Shown one piece after another: positions 17,614 to 27,471 of a stretch of 64,000 nucleotides of DNA. Numbering within the stretch: position 1 is the stretch's first letter; the number at the start of each line of letters is the position of its first letter. The translations under genes were made by a program, and so were the position numbers. The notes beneath the pieces were generated by a model. The model saw nothing but the letters and a program-made list of their open reading frames with translations, was not told the DNA's origin and searched no databases. Source of the stretch: Flavobacteriales bacterium CG_4_9_14_3_um_filter_40_17. Lineage in GTDB: Bacteria > Bacteroidota > Bacteroidia > Flavobacteriales > Flavobacteriaceae. The stretch lies in NCBI GenBank assembly GCA_002790195.1, contig PFUR01000086.1, forward strand, positions 135 through 64,134. The letters are read 5' to 3'.

Positions 17614-18843
17614 ATGCTCACTTACGTTTTTATTGCAGTCATTGTCATCAACTTTTTGGTAGATTGGGTTTTAGACAAACTCAACGCGTCTCGTTTTGAA
17701 GCCGAATTACCTTCAGAGTTGGACGGTTTGTATGACGCAAATGAATATAAGAAATCCATTAACTACAAGAAAGTGAATTACAAATTTTCATCAGTTGTAT
17801 CGTTGGTCAGTGTTTTGGTTACTTTGGGTTTTTTGATTTTTGGTGGTTTTGAGTGGGCCGATAGTTTGGCGCGTACTTGGTCTTCCAATCCGGTTTGGAT
17901 GGCCCTGCTGTTTTTTGGTATTATCGGTTTGGGGAGTGAATTGCTCAATACGCCATTTTCATATTACAAGATATTCGTGATTGAAGAAAATTTTGGGTTT
18001 AACAAACAAACTCTGAAAGTTTTTATTACCGATAAATTGAAAAGTTGGGCACTCGGAGTCGTTTTAGGCGGATTGATTTTAGTTGCCGTCCTGAAAATAT
18101 ACGAGTGGTTTGGAATCTATTTTTGGTGGTATGCCTGGATATTGTTGACACTTTTTTCGATTTTTATGAACTTGTTTTACACAAAATTAATCGTGCCACT
18201 TTTCAACAAACAAGCACCTCTTGGGGCGGGATTGTTAAAATATAAAATAGAAGGCTACGCTCAGAAAGTGGGTTTTGCAGTTAAAAATATTTTTGTGATA
18301 GATGGTTCAAAACGGAGTACCAAAGGCAATGCCTACTTTTCGGGATTTGGAAAACAAAAACGAATCACTTTATACGATACTTTGATTCAAAATCTTAATG
18401 AAGATGAAATTGTTGCGGTACTTGCGCATGAAGTCGGTCATTACAAAAAAAAACACATTGTCTATCAATTGTTGATTTCTGTATTAACCTCCGGCCTGAC
18501 TTTGTTTTTATTGTCGTTATTTCTCTCAAAACCTGAATTTTCTCTGGCCATAGGTGTAACGACCCCCTCATTTCATGTGGGTTTAGTAAGTTTTGTCATC
18601 TTATACAGTCCTATATCTTTGGTGTTGGGGATGATTGGGAATATAGTGTCACGAAAATTTGAATTTCAAGCTGACGCTTACGCCAAAAGCACTTTTGAAC
18701 CGAAAGTTCTTGCTGAGGCTTTAAAGAAATTATCGAAGGGTAGTTTGAATAATTTGACACCACATCCTGCATACGTTTTTTTTAATTATTCTCATCCACC
18801 TGTTGATCAGCGAATTAGGAAGTTAAAAAGAATAGATATTTGA
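17614..18843 (+). CDS. M48 family zinc metalloprotease (Ste24/HtpX-like, multi-pass membrane)
   Basis: Multiple TM segments, the zinc motif HEVGH (LAHEVGHYKKKH), a downstream EFQADAYA, and a C-terminal HPPVDQRI typical of Ste24-type CAAX proteases. ATG at 17614 (the track start at 17611 is a TTG). Confidence 0.85.
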   Translation: MLTYVFIAVIVINFLVDWVLDKLNASRFEAELPSELDGLYDANEYKKSINYKKVNYKFSSVVSLVSVLVTLGFLIFGGFEWADSLARTWSSNPVWMALLFFGIIGLGSELLNTPFSYYKIFVIEENFGFNKQTLKVFITDKLKSWALGVVLGGLILVAVLKIYEWFGIYFWWYAWILLTLFSIFMNLFYTKLIVPLFNKQAPLGAGLLKYKIEGYAQKVGFAVKNIFVIDGSKRSTKGNAYFSGFGKQKRITLYDTLIQNLNEDEIVAVLAHEVGHYKKKHIVYQLLISVLTSGLTLFLLSLFLSKPEFSLAIGVTTPSFHVGLVSFVILYSPISLVLGMIGNIVSRKFEFQADAYAKSTFEPKVLAEALKKLSKGSLNNLTPHPAYVFFNYSHPPVDQRIRKLKRIDI

Positions 18844-18874
18844 TAATTGGCCTAATTTGTTGTAATTTTAATTT

Positions 18875-21082
18875 ATGGCAGTCTTAAGTATAGAAGATAA
18901 GGAAAACCAAGAGCTCTCCCGCCGCTACAAAGAGTTGCTTCGCATCAGCTATCAGACGCTTTCCAAAGCAGATAAGCAGTTGATTCGGGAAGCATTCAAC
19001 TTGGCTGTTGATGCGCATCGCGATCAACGCAGGAAATCGGGCGAACCTTATGTTTACCATCCCATCGCTGTTGCTAAAATAGTCGCATCAGAAATCGGTA
19101 TGGACGCAACTTCCATCGCGGCCGCATTGCTTCATGATGTGGTAGAAGATACTGCCGTGACACTTTCGGATATCGAGCGGATGTTTGGGAAAACCGTTGC
19201 CATAATTGTTGACGGACTCACCAAAATATCACATCTCAGTAAAGAAAAAGAGATTTCGACACAGGCCGAAAACTTCAGGAAAATGCTTCTCACTTTGAAT
19301 GAAGACATCAGGGTAATTATCATCAAAATAGCCGATCGGTTACACAACATGCAAACCATGGAAAGCATGCCTCCCGAGAAACAGGTCAAAATTGCTTCCG
19401 AAACACTTTATATCTATGCGCCGTTGGCACACAGAATCGGACTTTACAACATCAAAAATGAACTGGAAGATTTGGGTTTAAAATATACTGAGCCTGAGGT
19501 TTATTACGACATTTACGACAAGATTGAGGAAACCAAAGAAGAGCGGACTGCCTACATCGAAGACTTTAAAAACATCATCAAGACTGCCTTAGACAAAGAA
19601 GATTTGAAATACGTAATCAAAGGCAGGCATAAATCTATTTATTCCATTCGAAAGAAAATGCTCGGCAATGTTTCTTTTGATGAAATTTACGACAAGTTTG
19701 CCATCCGGATTATATACGAATCAGACCGAAAATCGGAAAAATTCTATGCTTGGAAAATATATTCTATAGTCACTGACTATTTTAGGCCGAACCCGATTCG
19801 ATTGAGGGATTGGATTTCTTCACCAAAATCTACCGGGTATGAAGCCTTGCACATCACGGTAGTTGGCCCGAAAGGGAAATGGGTAGAAGTGCAAATCCGC
19901 TCCCAACGGATGGATGAAATTGCAGAAAAAGGCTATGCCGCACACTATAAATACAAAAATGGCGAAGAGACAGAGATTGGCATAGAAACCTGGTTGAAAA
20001 GACTGCAGGAAACTCTCGAAAATCCAAGTGGCAATGCGGTAGATTTTGTGGAAGAATTCAAACTAAACCTCTATGCCAAAGAAATTTTTGTTTTTACCCC
20101 CAAAGGCGATCTCAAATCGCTGCCCAAAGGAGCAACACCTTTAGACTTTGCCTTTAGCATTCATACCAATATCGGGTTAACGACAAGAGGAGCAAGAGTA
20201 AACGGAAAATTGGTGCCGCTCAACCACGAACTCAAGAGTGGTGATCAGTTGGAAATAATCACTTCACCCTCACAAAAACCGAATGCAAACTGGCTCGATT
20301 ATGTAATCACAGCCCGCGCACGATCTAAAATAAAAAACGCACTAAAGGAAGACAACAAAAACATAGCAGAGCGCGGAAAAGAACTTCTCGATCGGAAGCT
20401 CCGTCATCTCAAAATCAAAATGGATGAAAAAGTAGTGAACGAATTGGTCATGTTTTTCAAACTCAAAACCAGTTTTGATTTGTTTTATCGCGTAGGTATC
20501 GGGATTATTGAAAATCAAAAACTTAAAGATTTTGCGGCTCAAAAATCTAATTCGTTTATCAATTATTTCAAAAACAAAATCAGAAAATCCCAGTCCGAAG
20601 CGGTTGACACGACCAAAGAGGAGGTTTCGTCAAACTATGATTTGATTGTTTTTGGCAAGAACGAAGAAAAGCTTAATTATAAAGTTGCAAACTGTTGCAA
20701 TCCCATTCCAGGCGATGAAGTGTTTGGTTTTGTGACCGTTTCCGAAGGCATCAAAGTCCATAAAAAAGACTGCCCCAATGCAATCAGTATGCAGTCCAAC
20801 TATTCGTATAGAGTTATACAAGCCAAATGGATAGATTCTAGCCAACGCGAATTTAAAGCAACCATTACCATCACGGGAATCGACAACATCGGCTTGGTCA
20901 ACGATGTTACCAAAGTGATTTCGAGTAATATGCATGTCAATATGCAAAGCGTGAGTTTCGAAAGCGATAACGGGCTGTTTAATGGCAAAGTTATCGTCAT
21001 CGTTCGCAATAATACAATTTTAAAAAGATTAATAGAAAAATTAAAAAAAATAAATGGCATCGATAAAGTACAGCGTATTTGA
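18875..21082 (+). CDS. Bifunctional (p)ppGpp synthetase/hydrolase (RelA/SpoT homolog)
   Basis: 735 aa. HD hydrolase motifs (YVYHPIAVA, LLHDVVEDT), a synthetase region (RHKSIYSIRKKM, GYEALHITV, VEVQIRS), a TGS region (VFTPKGDLKSLPKGATPLDFAF) and a C-terminal ACT-like domain. Confidence 0.95.
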   Translation: MAVLSIEDKENQELSRRYKELLRISYQTLSKADKQLIREAFNLAVDAHRDQRRKSGEPYVYHPIAVAKIVASEIGMDATSIAAALLHDVVEDTAVTLSDIERMFGKTVAIIVDGLTKISHLSKEKEISTQAENFRKMLLTLNEDIRVIIIKIADRLHNMQTMESMPPEKQVKIASETLYIYAPLAHRIGLYNIKNELEDLGLKYTEPEVYYDIYDKIEETKEERTAYIEDFKNIIKTALDKEDLKYVIKGRHKSIYSIRKKMLGNVSFDEIYDKFAIRIIYESDRKSEKFYAWKIYSIVTDYFRPNPIRLRDWISSPKSTGYEALHITVVGPKGKWVEVQIRSQRMDEIAEKGYAAHYKYKNGEETEIGIETWLKRLQETLENPSGNAVDFVEEFKLNLYAKEIFVFTPKGDLKSLPKGATPLDFAFSIHTNIGLTTRGARVNGKLVPLNHELKSGDQLEIITSPSQKPNANWLDYVITARARSKIKNALKEDNKNIAERGKELLDRKLRHLKIKMDEKVVNELVMFFKLKTSFDLFYRVGIGIIENQKLKDFAAQKSNSFINYFKNKIRKSQSEAVDTTKEEVSSNYDLIVFGKNEEKLNYKVANCCNPIPGDEVFGFVTVSEGIKVHKKDCPNAISMQSNYSYRVIQAKWIDSSQREFKATITITGIDNIGLVNDVTKVISSNMHVNMQSVSFESDNGLFNGKVIVIVRNNTILKRLIEKLKKINGIDKVQRI

Positions 21083-21120
21083 TTTTTTTTAATAGATTTG
21101 TAAGATAACTTTAACAAAAA

Positions 21121-21588
21121 ATGCAAGAGAATAAAGAAAACGGGGTATTGGAGACAGAACAAGAAATTGTAAAGCGTGTATTTACAGAATATCTTGATGC
21201 AAACGAACACCGAAAAACCCCGGAAAGATTTGCCATACTTCAGGAAGTATATAATTCTGATGATCATTTTGATGTGGAAACTTTGTATATCAAAATGAAA
21301 AACAAAAACTACCGGGTAAGCAGAGCGACACTTTATAATTCAATAGACTTGTTGATGTCCGCCGGCCTTGTCCGTCGCCATCAATTTGGCCAAAACCAAT
21401 CGCATTACGAGAAGAGTTATTTTAACAAACAACACGACCACATCATCATAAAAGGTACAAACGAAGTTATCGAATTTTGCGACCCAAGATTGGAAGCCAT
21501 AAAAAAATCAATAGAAGAGATTTTTGATATCGAAGTTTACAGACATTCCTTGTACTTTTACGCCAACAAAAAGAAGAAAAATTTATAG
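21121..21588 (+). CDS. Fur-family transcriptional regulator
   Basis: 155 aa. Winged-helix region [49 protein letters not shown], then HYE...HDHII, which is Fur-like. It lacks the CxxC pairs. Confidence 0.7.
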   Translation: MQENKENGVLETEQEIVKRVFTEYLDANEHRKTPERFAILQEVYNSDDHFDVETLYIKMKNKNYRVSRATLYNSIDLLMSAGLVRRHQFGQNQSHYEKSYFNKQHDHIIIKGTNEVIEFCDPRLEAIKKSIEEIFDIEVYRHSLYFYANKKKKNL

Positions 21589-21599
21589 CACACTTACAC

Positions 21600-22871
21600 A
21601 TGGCAGTCGATTTGTTGTTAGGTCTTCAATGGGGTGACGAAGGCAAAGGTAAAATAGTAGATGTCATCACCAAGCAATATGATATTATAGCTCGTTTCCA
21701 AGGCGGTCCAAATGCGGGTCACACCTTGGAGTTTAACGGTATAAAACATGTTTTGCACACCATTCCTTCCGGGATTTTCCACACGCACACCACCAATTTG
21801 GTTGGGAATGGCGTTGTGATAGATCCGGTTATTTTTAGGAAAGAATTGGATAAATTAGCTCCATTCAAAATCAACGTTAAGTCCAATTTGTTGATTTCCA
21901 GAAAAGCACACCTTATTTTGCCAACCCATCGTTTGCTCGATGCAGCTTCTGAAGCATCCAAAGGAAAGGCGAAAATAGGTTCAACGCTCAAGGGAATCGG
22001 GCCAACTTATATGGATAAAACCGGACGAAACGGTATCCGTGTGGGAGATTTGGAAATGGATGATTGGAAAGAAAAATATCGTGCACTTGCCAACAAACAC
22101 GAAGAAATGATTCATTTTTTTAATGTTGACATCCAATACAATCTAAAAGAATTGGAACAGGAATTTTTTGAAGCGGTCGAAATACTGAAAGAATTGACAT
22201 TTGTTGACAGCGAAAATTTCATGCATGAAGCCATGCGTTCCGGTAAGAAGATTCTCGCAGAAGGTGCTCAAGGCTCTCTGTTAGACATTGACTTTGGCAC
22301 GTATCCTTACGTAACTTCATCCAACACCACGGCTGCGGGAGCATGTACAGGTTTGGGTGTTGCCCCTAACACGATAGGAGAGGTGATAGGAATTTTTAAA
22401 GCCTACACTACGCGGGTAGGTAGTGGCCCATTCCCAACAGAACTTTTTGACGAAGTTGGCGCACGCATAGGAAACGTGGGTAAAGAATTTGGTGCCACCA
22501 CCGGAAGGCCTCGTCGTTGCGGCTGGCTGGATTTGGTCGGATTGAAATACGCAATCCGAATCAATGGCGTTACCCAGTTGATTATGATGAAAAGCGATGT
22601 ACTATCAGGAATTGAAGAAATAAAAGTTTGTACGGCTTATCAATACAAAGGTGAAACCATCTCACATTTTCCCTATTCTATTGAACCCGAAGTTGTGCAA
22701 CCGTTCTATCAAACTTTCAAAGGATGGAAAGCAGATATTACAGCTGCCAAGGCTTACAACGATTTTCCAAAGGAACTTAAGGCTTATGTTGATTTTTTGG
22801 AAGAAAACATCCAAGTCCCCATCAAAATGATATCGGTTGGGCCCGACCGGACACAGACAGTTTTTAGGTAA
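21600..22871 (+). CDS. purA: Adenylosuccinate synthase
   Basis: The N-terminus GLQWGDEGKGKIVD is the PurA P-loop signature. GPNAGHT and GTTGRPRRCGWLD (here ATTGRPRRCGWLDL) are also present. 423 aa. Confidence 0.97.
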   Translation: MAVDLLLGLQWGDEGKGKIVDVITKQYDIIARFQGGPNAGHTLEFNGIKHVLHTIPSGIFHTHTTNLVGNGVVIDPVIFRKELDKLAPFKINVKSNLLISRKAHLILPTHRLLDAASEASKGKAKIGSTLKGIGPTYMDKTGRNGIRVGDLEMDDWKEKYRALANKHEEMIHFFNVDIQYNLKELEQEFFEAVEILKELTFVDSENFMHEAMRSGKKILAEGAQGSLLDIDFGTYPYVTSSNTTAAGACTGLGVAPNTIGEVIGIFKAYTTRVGSGPFPTELFDEVGARIGNVGKEFGATTGRPRRCGWLDLVGLKYAIRINGVTQLIMMKSDVLSGIEEIKVCTAYQYKGETISHFPYSIEPEVVQPFYQTFKGWKADITAAKAYNDFPKELKAYVDFLEENIQVPIKMISVGPDRTQTVFR

Positions 22872-22894
22872 GTTGCCATCGATTTAACAAGCAT

Positions 22895-22937
22895 AAAAAA
22901 GCCCGCGAAACAAAATTTTGCGGGCTTTTTCTTTTTT
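22895..22937. terminator. Bidirectional intrinsic terminator between convergent purA and the PPIase gene
   Basis: gcccgc (22901-22906) pairs with gcgggc (22920-22925). It is flanked by an A-run upstream and T-runs downstream, so it reads as hairpin plus U-tract on both strands. Confidence 0.8.
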
Positions 22938-22949
22938 AGTATTTAAAAT

Positions 22950-24014
22950 TTAATTCACAATCTCCACTTCAAAAATCAAGTCGGTATTGGGTGGGATAAT
23001 TCCACCGCCTGCACCTTGTTCGCCGTAGCCCAAATGAGACGGTATAAACAGGATTACTTTGTCACCGTCTTTCATGGTGTATAAACCCTCTTTGAAACCA
23101 GGTATCATCGAGATTTCTTTGCTTAGTTTGATTTCAATCGGATTGTAAGGTCGGTTTGGGTCAAACTTTTCATATTTTTGGGCAACTTCTGCAATATTGC
23201 TATCAAACATTTCTCCATCTGACAAAAATCCAGAATAATCAAATTTAATTGTCTGGCCTTCTTTTAGTTTTTTACCTTCTTTATTGTCGTTTATCACATA
23301 AATCTTTAGCCCGGAAGGATATTCGGTTGCTTGATTTTTTAAATCATACATTCTGTTGATAAAATCAGTTTTCAGTTTAGCAGTTACGCGTTCTTTTTCT
23401 TCTAATGCGCTGGTTTGCTTTTCAAAAAACTCGGAAAATACTTTTTGAGCATCAAAGTTTTTTGCCTCTTTTCCTACACGGATGATTTCGATTTTTGTCA
23501 TGCTGTCTCCCTGAGCAATGGTATCAACGATAGCCTGCCCGAAAACAACTTTACCAAAAATAGAGTGAAAACCGTTGAGCCAAGGCGTTTCTTTGTGGGT
23601 AATAAAAAACTGACTTCCGTTGGTGTTGGGGCCTGAATTTGCCATGGCCATTATCCCAGCAGAATCAAAGGTTAAATCGTTAAACTCATCTCCGAATTTA
23701 TATCCAGTTCCGCCTGATCCTGTTCCGGTCGGATCGCCACCTTGTATCATAAAGTCTTTCACGACACGGTGAAATTTAAGCCCGTCGTAGAATTTTTTAC
23801 CTTTGAACGAATCGGCTACTATGGTATTGGTGCCTTCTGCCAACGAAACGAAATTGGCAACCGTTACCGGTGAAGTATCGTAAGTTAATTTGACTAAAAC
23901 ATCACCTCTATTGGTCTGAATATCTGCATACAGGCCATCAGCCAGCTCTGGATATTTTGTTTTACATGAAACAATGAGCAAAAGTGAAAATAAAAATAGA
24001 ATGGATTTTTTCAT
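22950..24014 (-). CDS. Dual-family peptidyl-prolyl isomerase lipoprotein (N-terminal cyclophilin domain fused to C-terminal FKBP domain)
   Basis: Lipoprotein signal LLLIVSC. Cyclophilin motifs [46 protein letters not shown]. The FKBP-like end reads [45 protein letters not shown]. Confidence 0.85.
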   Translation of the reverse strand: MKKSILFLFSLLLIVSCKTKYPELADGLYADIQTNRGDVLVKLTYDTSPVTVANFVSLAEGTNTIVADSFKGKKFYDGLKFHRVVKDFMIQGGDPTGTGSGGTGYKFGDEFNDLTFDSAGIMAMANSGPNTNGSQFFITHKETPWLNGFHSIFGKVVFGQAIVDTIAQGDSMTKIEIIRVGKEAKNFDAQKVFSEFFEKQTSALEEKERVTAKLKTDFINRMYDLKNQATEYPSGLKIYVINDNKEGKKLKEGQTIKFDYSGFLSDGEMFDSNIAEVAQKYEKFDPNRPYNPIEIKLSKEISMIPGFKEGLYTMKDGDKVILFIPSHLGYGEQGAGGGIIPPNTDLIFEVEIVN

Positions 24015-24113
24015 GGGATTAATTTTCTAAGTGGAATATTGATGGGTTGATTGTTAAAAACTGTTTGCGAATTTATCGAAATATATTTAATTGCGTTTGT
24101 TAATATGAAAATT

Positions 24114-24659
24114 TCATTGAATGCTGTCTTTTTCAATAGAGTAAAGATGGACTTTACAAACCAATGGTTCGTTGGGCTCAATTAGATTCTTATCGCCAGT
24201 ATAACTGTAAGCCAGTTCTGAAGGAAAAAGAAAGGTGACCTGCTGGCCGGGATACATTAATTTGACTCCCTCGCGAAGCCCTTTAAAAAGCATCTCTTTG
24301 TCAACGGTATATTGAATTACACCCAAAGAAAGAGAATCATAAATGATCTCATTATTTAAATCTTCTATTTGGTAAGTCAGCTTAGTTAAATCTCCCGGTT
24401 TCGGGGTTTCGGCATAAATACTGTCTCTGTTGTCATAATAAAACCAAAAACCAGAATTTGAAGTGTATATTTTAATAGAGTCCAATCGTGAAAGATATGC
24501 TTTAATATCTGCTGCATCTTCTTCATAAATCAGCTTACTGGTTTTGGCTGACTCTTTTATGCTGGTTCCGGATGAAACAGAAACCGGCCTTCTTGCTTCC
24601 GGTGAATGGCATGAAAAAATAAAAATCAGCACAATAAAATAAAATGATTTAACTTTCAT
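24114..24659 (-). CDS. gldI: FKBP-type PPIase-like lipoprotein, probable gliding-motility protein GldI
   Basis: 181 aa with lipoprotein signal IVLIFIFSC. FKBP-like C-terminus (FKGLREGVKLMYPGQQVTFLFPSELAYS..VCKVHLYSIE). Its size and its position between nrnA and another PPIase gene match what I recall for gldI loci. The symbol assignment is from memory. Confidence 0.5.
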   Translation of the reverse strand: MKVKSFYFIVLIFIFSCHSPEARRPVSVSSGTSIKESAKTSKLIYEEDAADIKAYLSRLDSIKIYTSNSGFWFYYDNRDSIYAETPKPGDLTKLTYQIEDLNNEIIYDSLSLGVIQYTVDKEMLFKGLREGVKLMYPGQQVTFLFPSELAYSYTGDKNLIEPNEPLVCKVHLYSIEKDSIQ

Positions 24660-25674
24660 TTGAAACGGTTTGATTTACATATTCGGGTAAAACTTTTAAA
24701 AAATAGGCGATGGTTTCCTCCATATTCATTATACTTTTACCCCCAGCTGCGTTTATGTGCCCGCCACCCGAAAAATATTTTCTTGCGAAAGTGTTGACAT
24801 CAAAATCGCCTTTTGAGCGAAATGAAATTTTGATAGGTGGTTCTTGTTGGTTTTCGATAAAAATAACACCAAAAACAATACCGTCTAAAGCCAATGTGTA
24901 ATTGACAAACCCTTCGGTGTCTCCTTTTTTAAAATTGTGTGCTTTGAGTTCTTGTAATGTTAGATAGGTGTAGGCAGTTTGCATATGAGGAATCATTTTC
25001 ATGTTGCTGAGTGCTTTACCCAAAAGTTGCAACCGATCGTAAGTCTGGGTGTCAAAAACTTTTGATTGAATTTCAGCAGCTTCAATCCCTTTTTCTATCA
25101 AGGCAGCGGCTATACGGTGTGTTTCTGCGGAAGTACAAGCAAATTTGAACGATCCGGTATCGGTCATGATACCAAGGTAAAGGCAAGTAGCGATGTCTTT
25201 GTCAATCAAATTTTCACCGCCTAATGCATGTATAAATCGATAAATCAACTCGCAGGTGGAAGAAACCTCTATATTCCAAAAAACACAATCAACAAAATCT
25301 TTTGGCTCGCGGTGATGGTCTATCAAGACTTTGAAAGCTTTTGATTGATCGATTGATTCACTCAGGTTTTCGGTTCTTTGCACGGCATTGTAATCCAATG
25401 AAAATAAGATTTCCGCTTCGGCAATCAATTTTTTTGCTTTTTCCCCTGATTGTGTGCCTAAAACGATTTCTTTTCTACCGGGCAACCAAGCCAAATAATC
25501 TGGAAATTCGTTGGGTAAAACCACATAGGCTTGATGCTCGGTTTTTTTCAGAAAATGAAAGAGTGCCAACGAACTTCCCATCGCATCCCCGTCCGGATTG
25601 AAATGAGAGGTGATGACTATTTTCTTGGATGTTTTGAGCAGTGCTCCTAAGATGCTGAGGTCTGTGTTTTTCAT
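24649..25674 (-). CDS. nrnA: DHH-family phosphoesterase (bifunctional oligoribonuclease / pAp phosphatase NrnA-like)
   Basis: 341 aa. DHH motifs ITSHFNPDGDAMGS, LIDHH, GIMTDTGSF, and the DHHA1 motif GGGHINAAGG. It overlaps the downstream gene by 11 nt. Confidence 0.85.
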   Translation of the reverse strand: MKNTDLSILGALLKTSKKIVITSHFNPDGDAMGSSLALFHFLKKTEHQAYVVLPNEFPDYLAWLPGRKEIVLGTQSGEKAKKLIAEAEILFSLDYNAVQRTENLSESIDQSKAFKVLIDHHREPKDFVDCVFWNIEVSSTCELIYRFIHALGGENLIDKDIATCLYLGIMTDTGSFKFACTSAETHRIAAALIEKGIEAAEIQSKVFDTQTYDRLQLLGKALSNMKMIPHMQTAYTYLTLQELKAHNFKKGDTEGFVNYTLALDGIVFGVIFIENQQEPPIKISFRSKGDFDVNTFARKYFSGGGHINAAGGKSIMNMEETIAYFLKVLPEYVNQTVSNES

Positions 25675-25750
25675 GTGCCCAAAAATACGAATTTAATCAT
25701 GATAGCTTAAAAGGATGTTTCGTATTTTTGCGCTTAAATATGTTAATCAA

Positions 25751-26803
25751 ATGAAAAAAGTTGTTTTCTTTTTGTTGTTTTTGGCTTTTGTCCTAGCCGG
25801 ACAGGCTCAAGCTGACATTTTAACTTCACAATCTGCATCTTCATCTGCTATAATCATACAAAAAAGTGATTTTGTATTGGCATTTGGCTCTTGTAATCGA
25901 GTCGATTTGGAAAATAAACTGTGGGACGATGTGTTGCTAAACCAACCGGATATTTGGGTTTGGGGTGGCGATAATATTTACGCGGATACCGGCAATATGC
26001 ACAAGATAAAAAAAATGTACAACAGGCAAAAGAACAATCCGGAATATCAAAAAGTGTTGGAAAACATTCCGGTCATCGGCACTTGGGACGATCACGATTA
26101 CGGTTTGAACGACGGTGGGCAAGAATGGAAGCACAAACAAGCAAGCCAACAGTTGTTTCTCGATTTTATGGATGTTCCTAAAAAAGATACCAGAAGAAAT
26201 AGAGAAGGGGTTTATTGTGCAGTGGATTACAACTTACCTCAAGGGAAAATAAAAATATTGGTTTTAGACACCCGTTATTTTCGTTCTTCTCTCGAGAAAA
26301 GTCCAAACAAAAGTAGGCGATACGAACCTTCATCTGACTCGACAAAAACCGTTTTGGGTGAGGAACAATGGCGATGGCTCGAGAACGAACTTCAGTCTTC
26401 GGAAGCAGATTTTAATATCCTGATTTCGAGTGTCCAATTTTTGTCTGATAAACACGGATTTGAGAAATGGGGTAATTTTCCATCTGAGGTTGCCAAATTA
26501 GAAAAATTGGTAGGTAAAGCAAAAGCTAAAAACGTGATTGTACTTTCCGGCGACCGTCATATTGCCGAATTTTCAGAGAAGAAAGTGGACGGATTGCCCT
26601 ATCCATTTGTTGATTTTACTTCAAGTGGATTGACACATGTCTATGAAAAATATTCGGGAGAAGAGAACCCTTATCGCGTCGGGGAAGTTATTCACGAGGT
26701 CAATTTTGGGTTACTTCGTTTTGATTTTGAAAAGAAGTTGGTTGTTTTTGAAATCAGAGGGAATGAAAATAAACTGTTGCAACAAATTATTCGAACGTAT
26801 TAG
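25751..26803 (+). CDS. PhoD-like metallophosphatase (alkaline phosphatase D family)
   Basis: Start at MKKVVFFLLFLAFVLAGQAQA (signal peptide). Metallophosphoesterase motifs GSCN, WGGDNIYAD, TWDDHDYG, SGDRHIAEF. Confidence 0.8.
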   Translation: MKKVVFFLLFLAFVLAGQAQADILTSQSASSSAIIIQKSDFVLAFGSCNRVDLENKLWDDVLLNQPDIWVWGGDNIYADTGNMHKIKKMYNRQKNNPEYQKVLENIPVIGTWDDHDYGLNDGGQEWKHKQASQQLFLDFMDVPKKDTRRNREGVYCAVDYNLPQGKIKILVLDTRYFRSSLEKSPNKSRRYEPSSDSTKTVLGEEQWRWLENELQSSEADFNILISSVQFLSDKHGFEKWGNFPSEVAKLEKLVGKAKAKNVIVLSGDRHIAEFSEKKVDGLPYPFVDFTSSGLTHVYEKYSGEENPYRVGEVIHEVNFGLLRFDFEKKLVVFEIRGNENKLLQQIIRTY

Positions 26804-26806
26804 ACA

Positions 26807-26833
26807 ATAAAAAACCCCGCTAATTGCGGGGTG
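26807..26833 (-). terminator. Intrinsic terminator of the RRM-protein gene (also abuts the end of the phoD-like gene)
   Basis: ccccgc (26815-26820) pairs with gcgggg (26826-26831) across a 5-nt loop. On the minus strand a U6 tract follows. On the plus strand there is no T-run. Confidence 0.8.
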
Positions 26834-26857
26834 TAAGATCTTCGGACAGATATATGA

Positions 26858-27160
26858 TTAATAATCTCTGCGCTCTCTTCTTTGGCCACCACCAAAACTT
26901 GGTCGGCTGCCTTGTTCTTTTCTGGGTTCGGCTTTGTTCACAACAATAGCTCTTCCATCAAGTTCGGCACCATTCAAGCCTTCGATAGCTGCGGCAGCTT
27001 CATCGTCATTTGCCATGACAACAAATCCAAATCCTTTGCTTCTTCCGGTTTCGCGATCGGTAATGATTTTTACTGATTCAACAGCACCATACTCTTCAAA
27101 GTACTGACTTAACTGGGCTTCCTTTAAACGATAAGGCAAGCTCCCTACAAAAATGTTCAT
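26858..27160 (-). CDS. Single-RRM RNA-binding protein with an Arg/Gly-rich tail
   Basis: 100 aa. RNP2 is IFVGSL and RNP1 is KGFGFVVM. The C-terminal tail reads RPSFGGGQRRERRDY. Confidence 0.9.
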   Translation of the reverse strand: MNIFVGSLPYRLKEAQLSQYFEEYGAVESVKIITDRETGRSKGFGFVVMANDDEAAAAIEGLNGAELDGRAIVVNKAEPRKEQGSRPSFGGGQRRERRDY

Positions 27161-27471
27161 AATAATAAATAAGAATTAAACTTCGGTAAAGATAATTCTT
27201 TTTTGTTATAATTTATTATTTACTGAAAATAAATATTTTAAAGAAAATTATTCTATTGAATTGTTTATTAGGAAGGCGAAACAAGGGATGAATAAAAAGT
27301 TGTTTTTAAATTCGAATAATTAAAAAGTTAACCACAAAGAGCGACAAAAATTTGCACAAAAACCTCAAATGGATTTGTCTGCTGTATGCTTTGCTATTAT
27401 CCAAAAGCCTTTATGGCTTTTCGGTATTTTTTGTGCCTAAATCGGCCAAACGCAACGACAAAACCTCCTCG

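Noticed and set aside
18445-18453. A9 run in the M48 protease gene (HYKKKH), and another A9 at 41482..41490 in the Dabb gene
   Set aside because: I examined these as possible slippage or phase-variation sites. They are simply AAA-coded Lys triplets in an AT-rich genome. I keep them only as a control that tempers the dnaX A10 hypothesis.
21121-21588. Fur-like regulator lacking both CxxC pairs (only one Cys)
   Set aside because: Several bona fide Fur-family proteins lack the Cys4 structural zinc site. I cannot claim this as unusual without an alignment.
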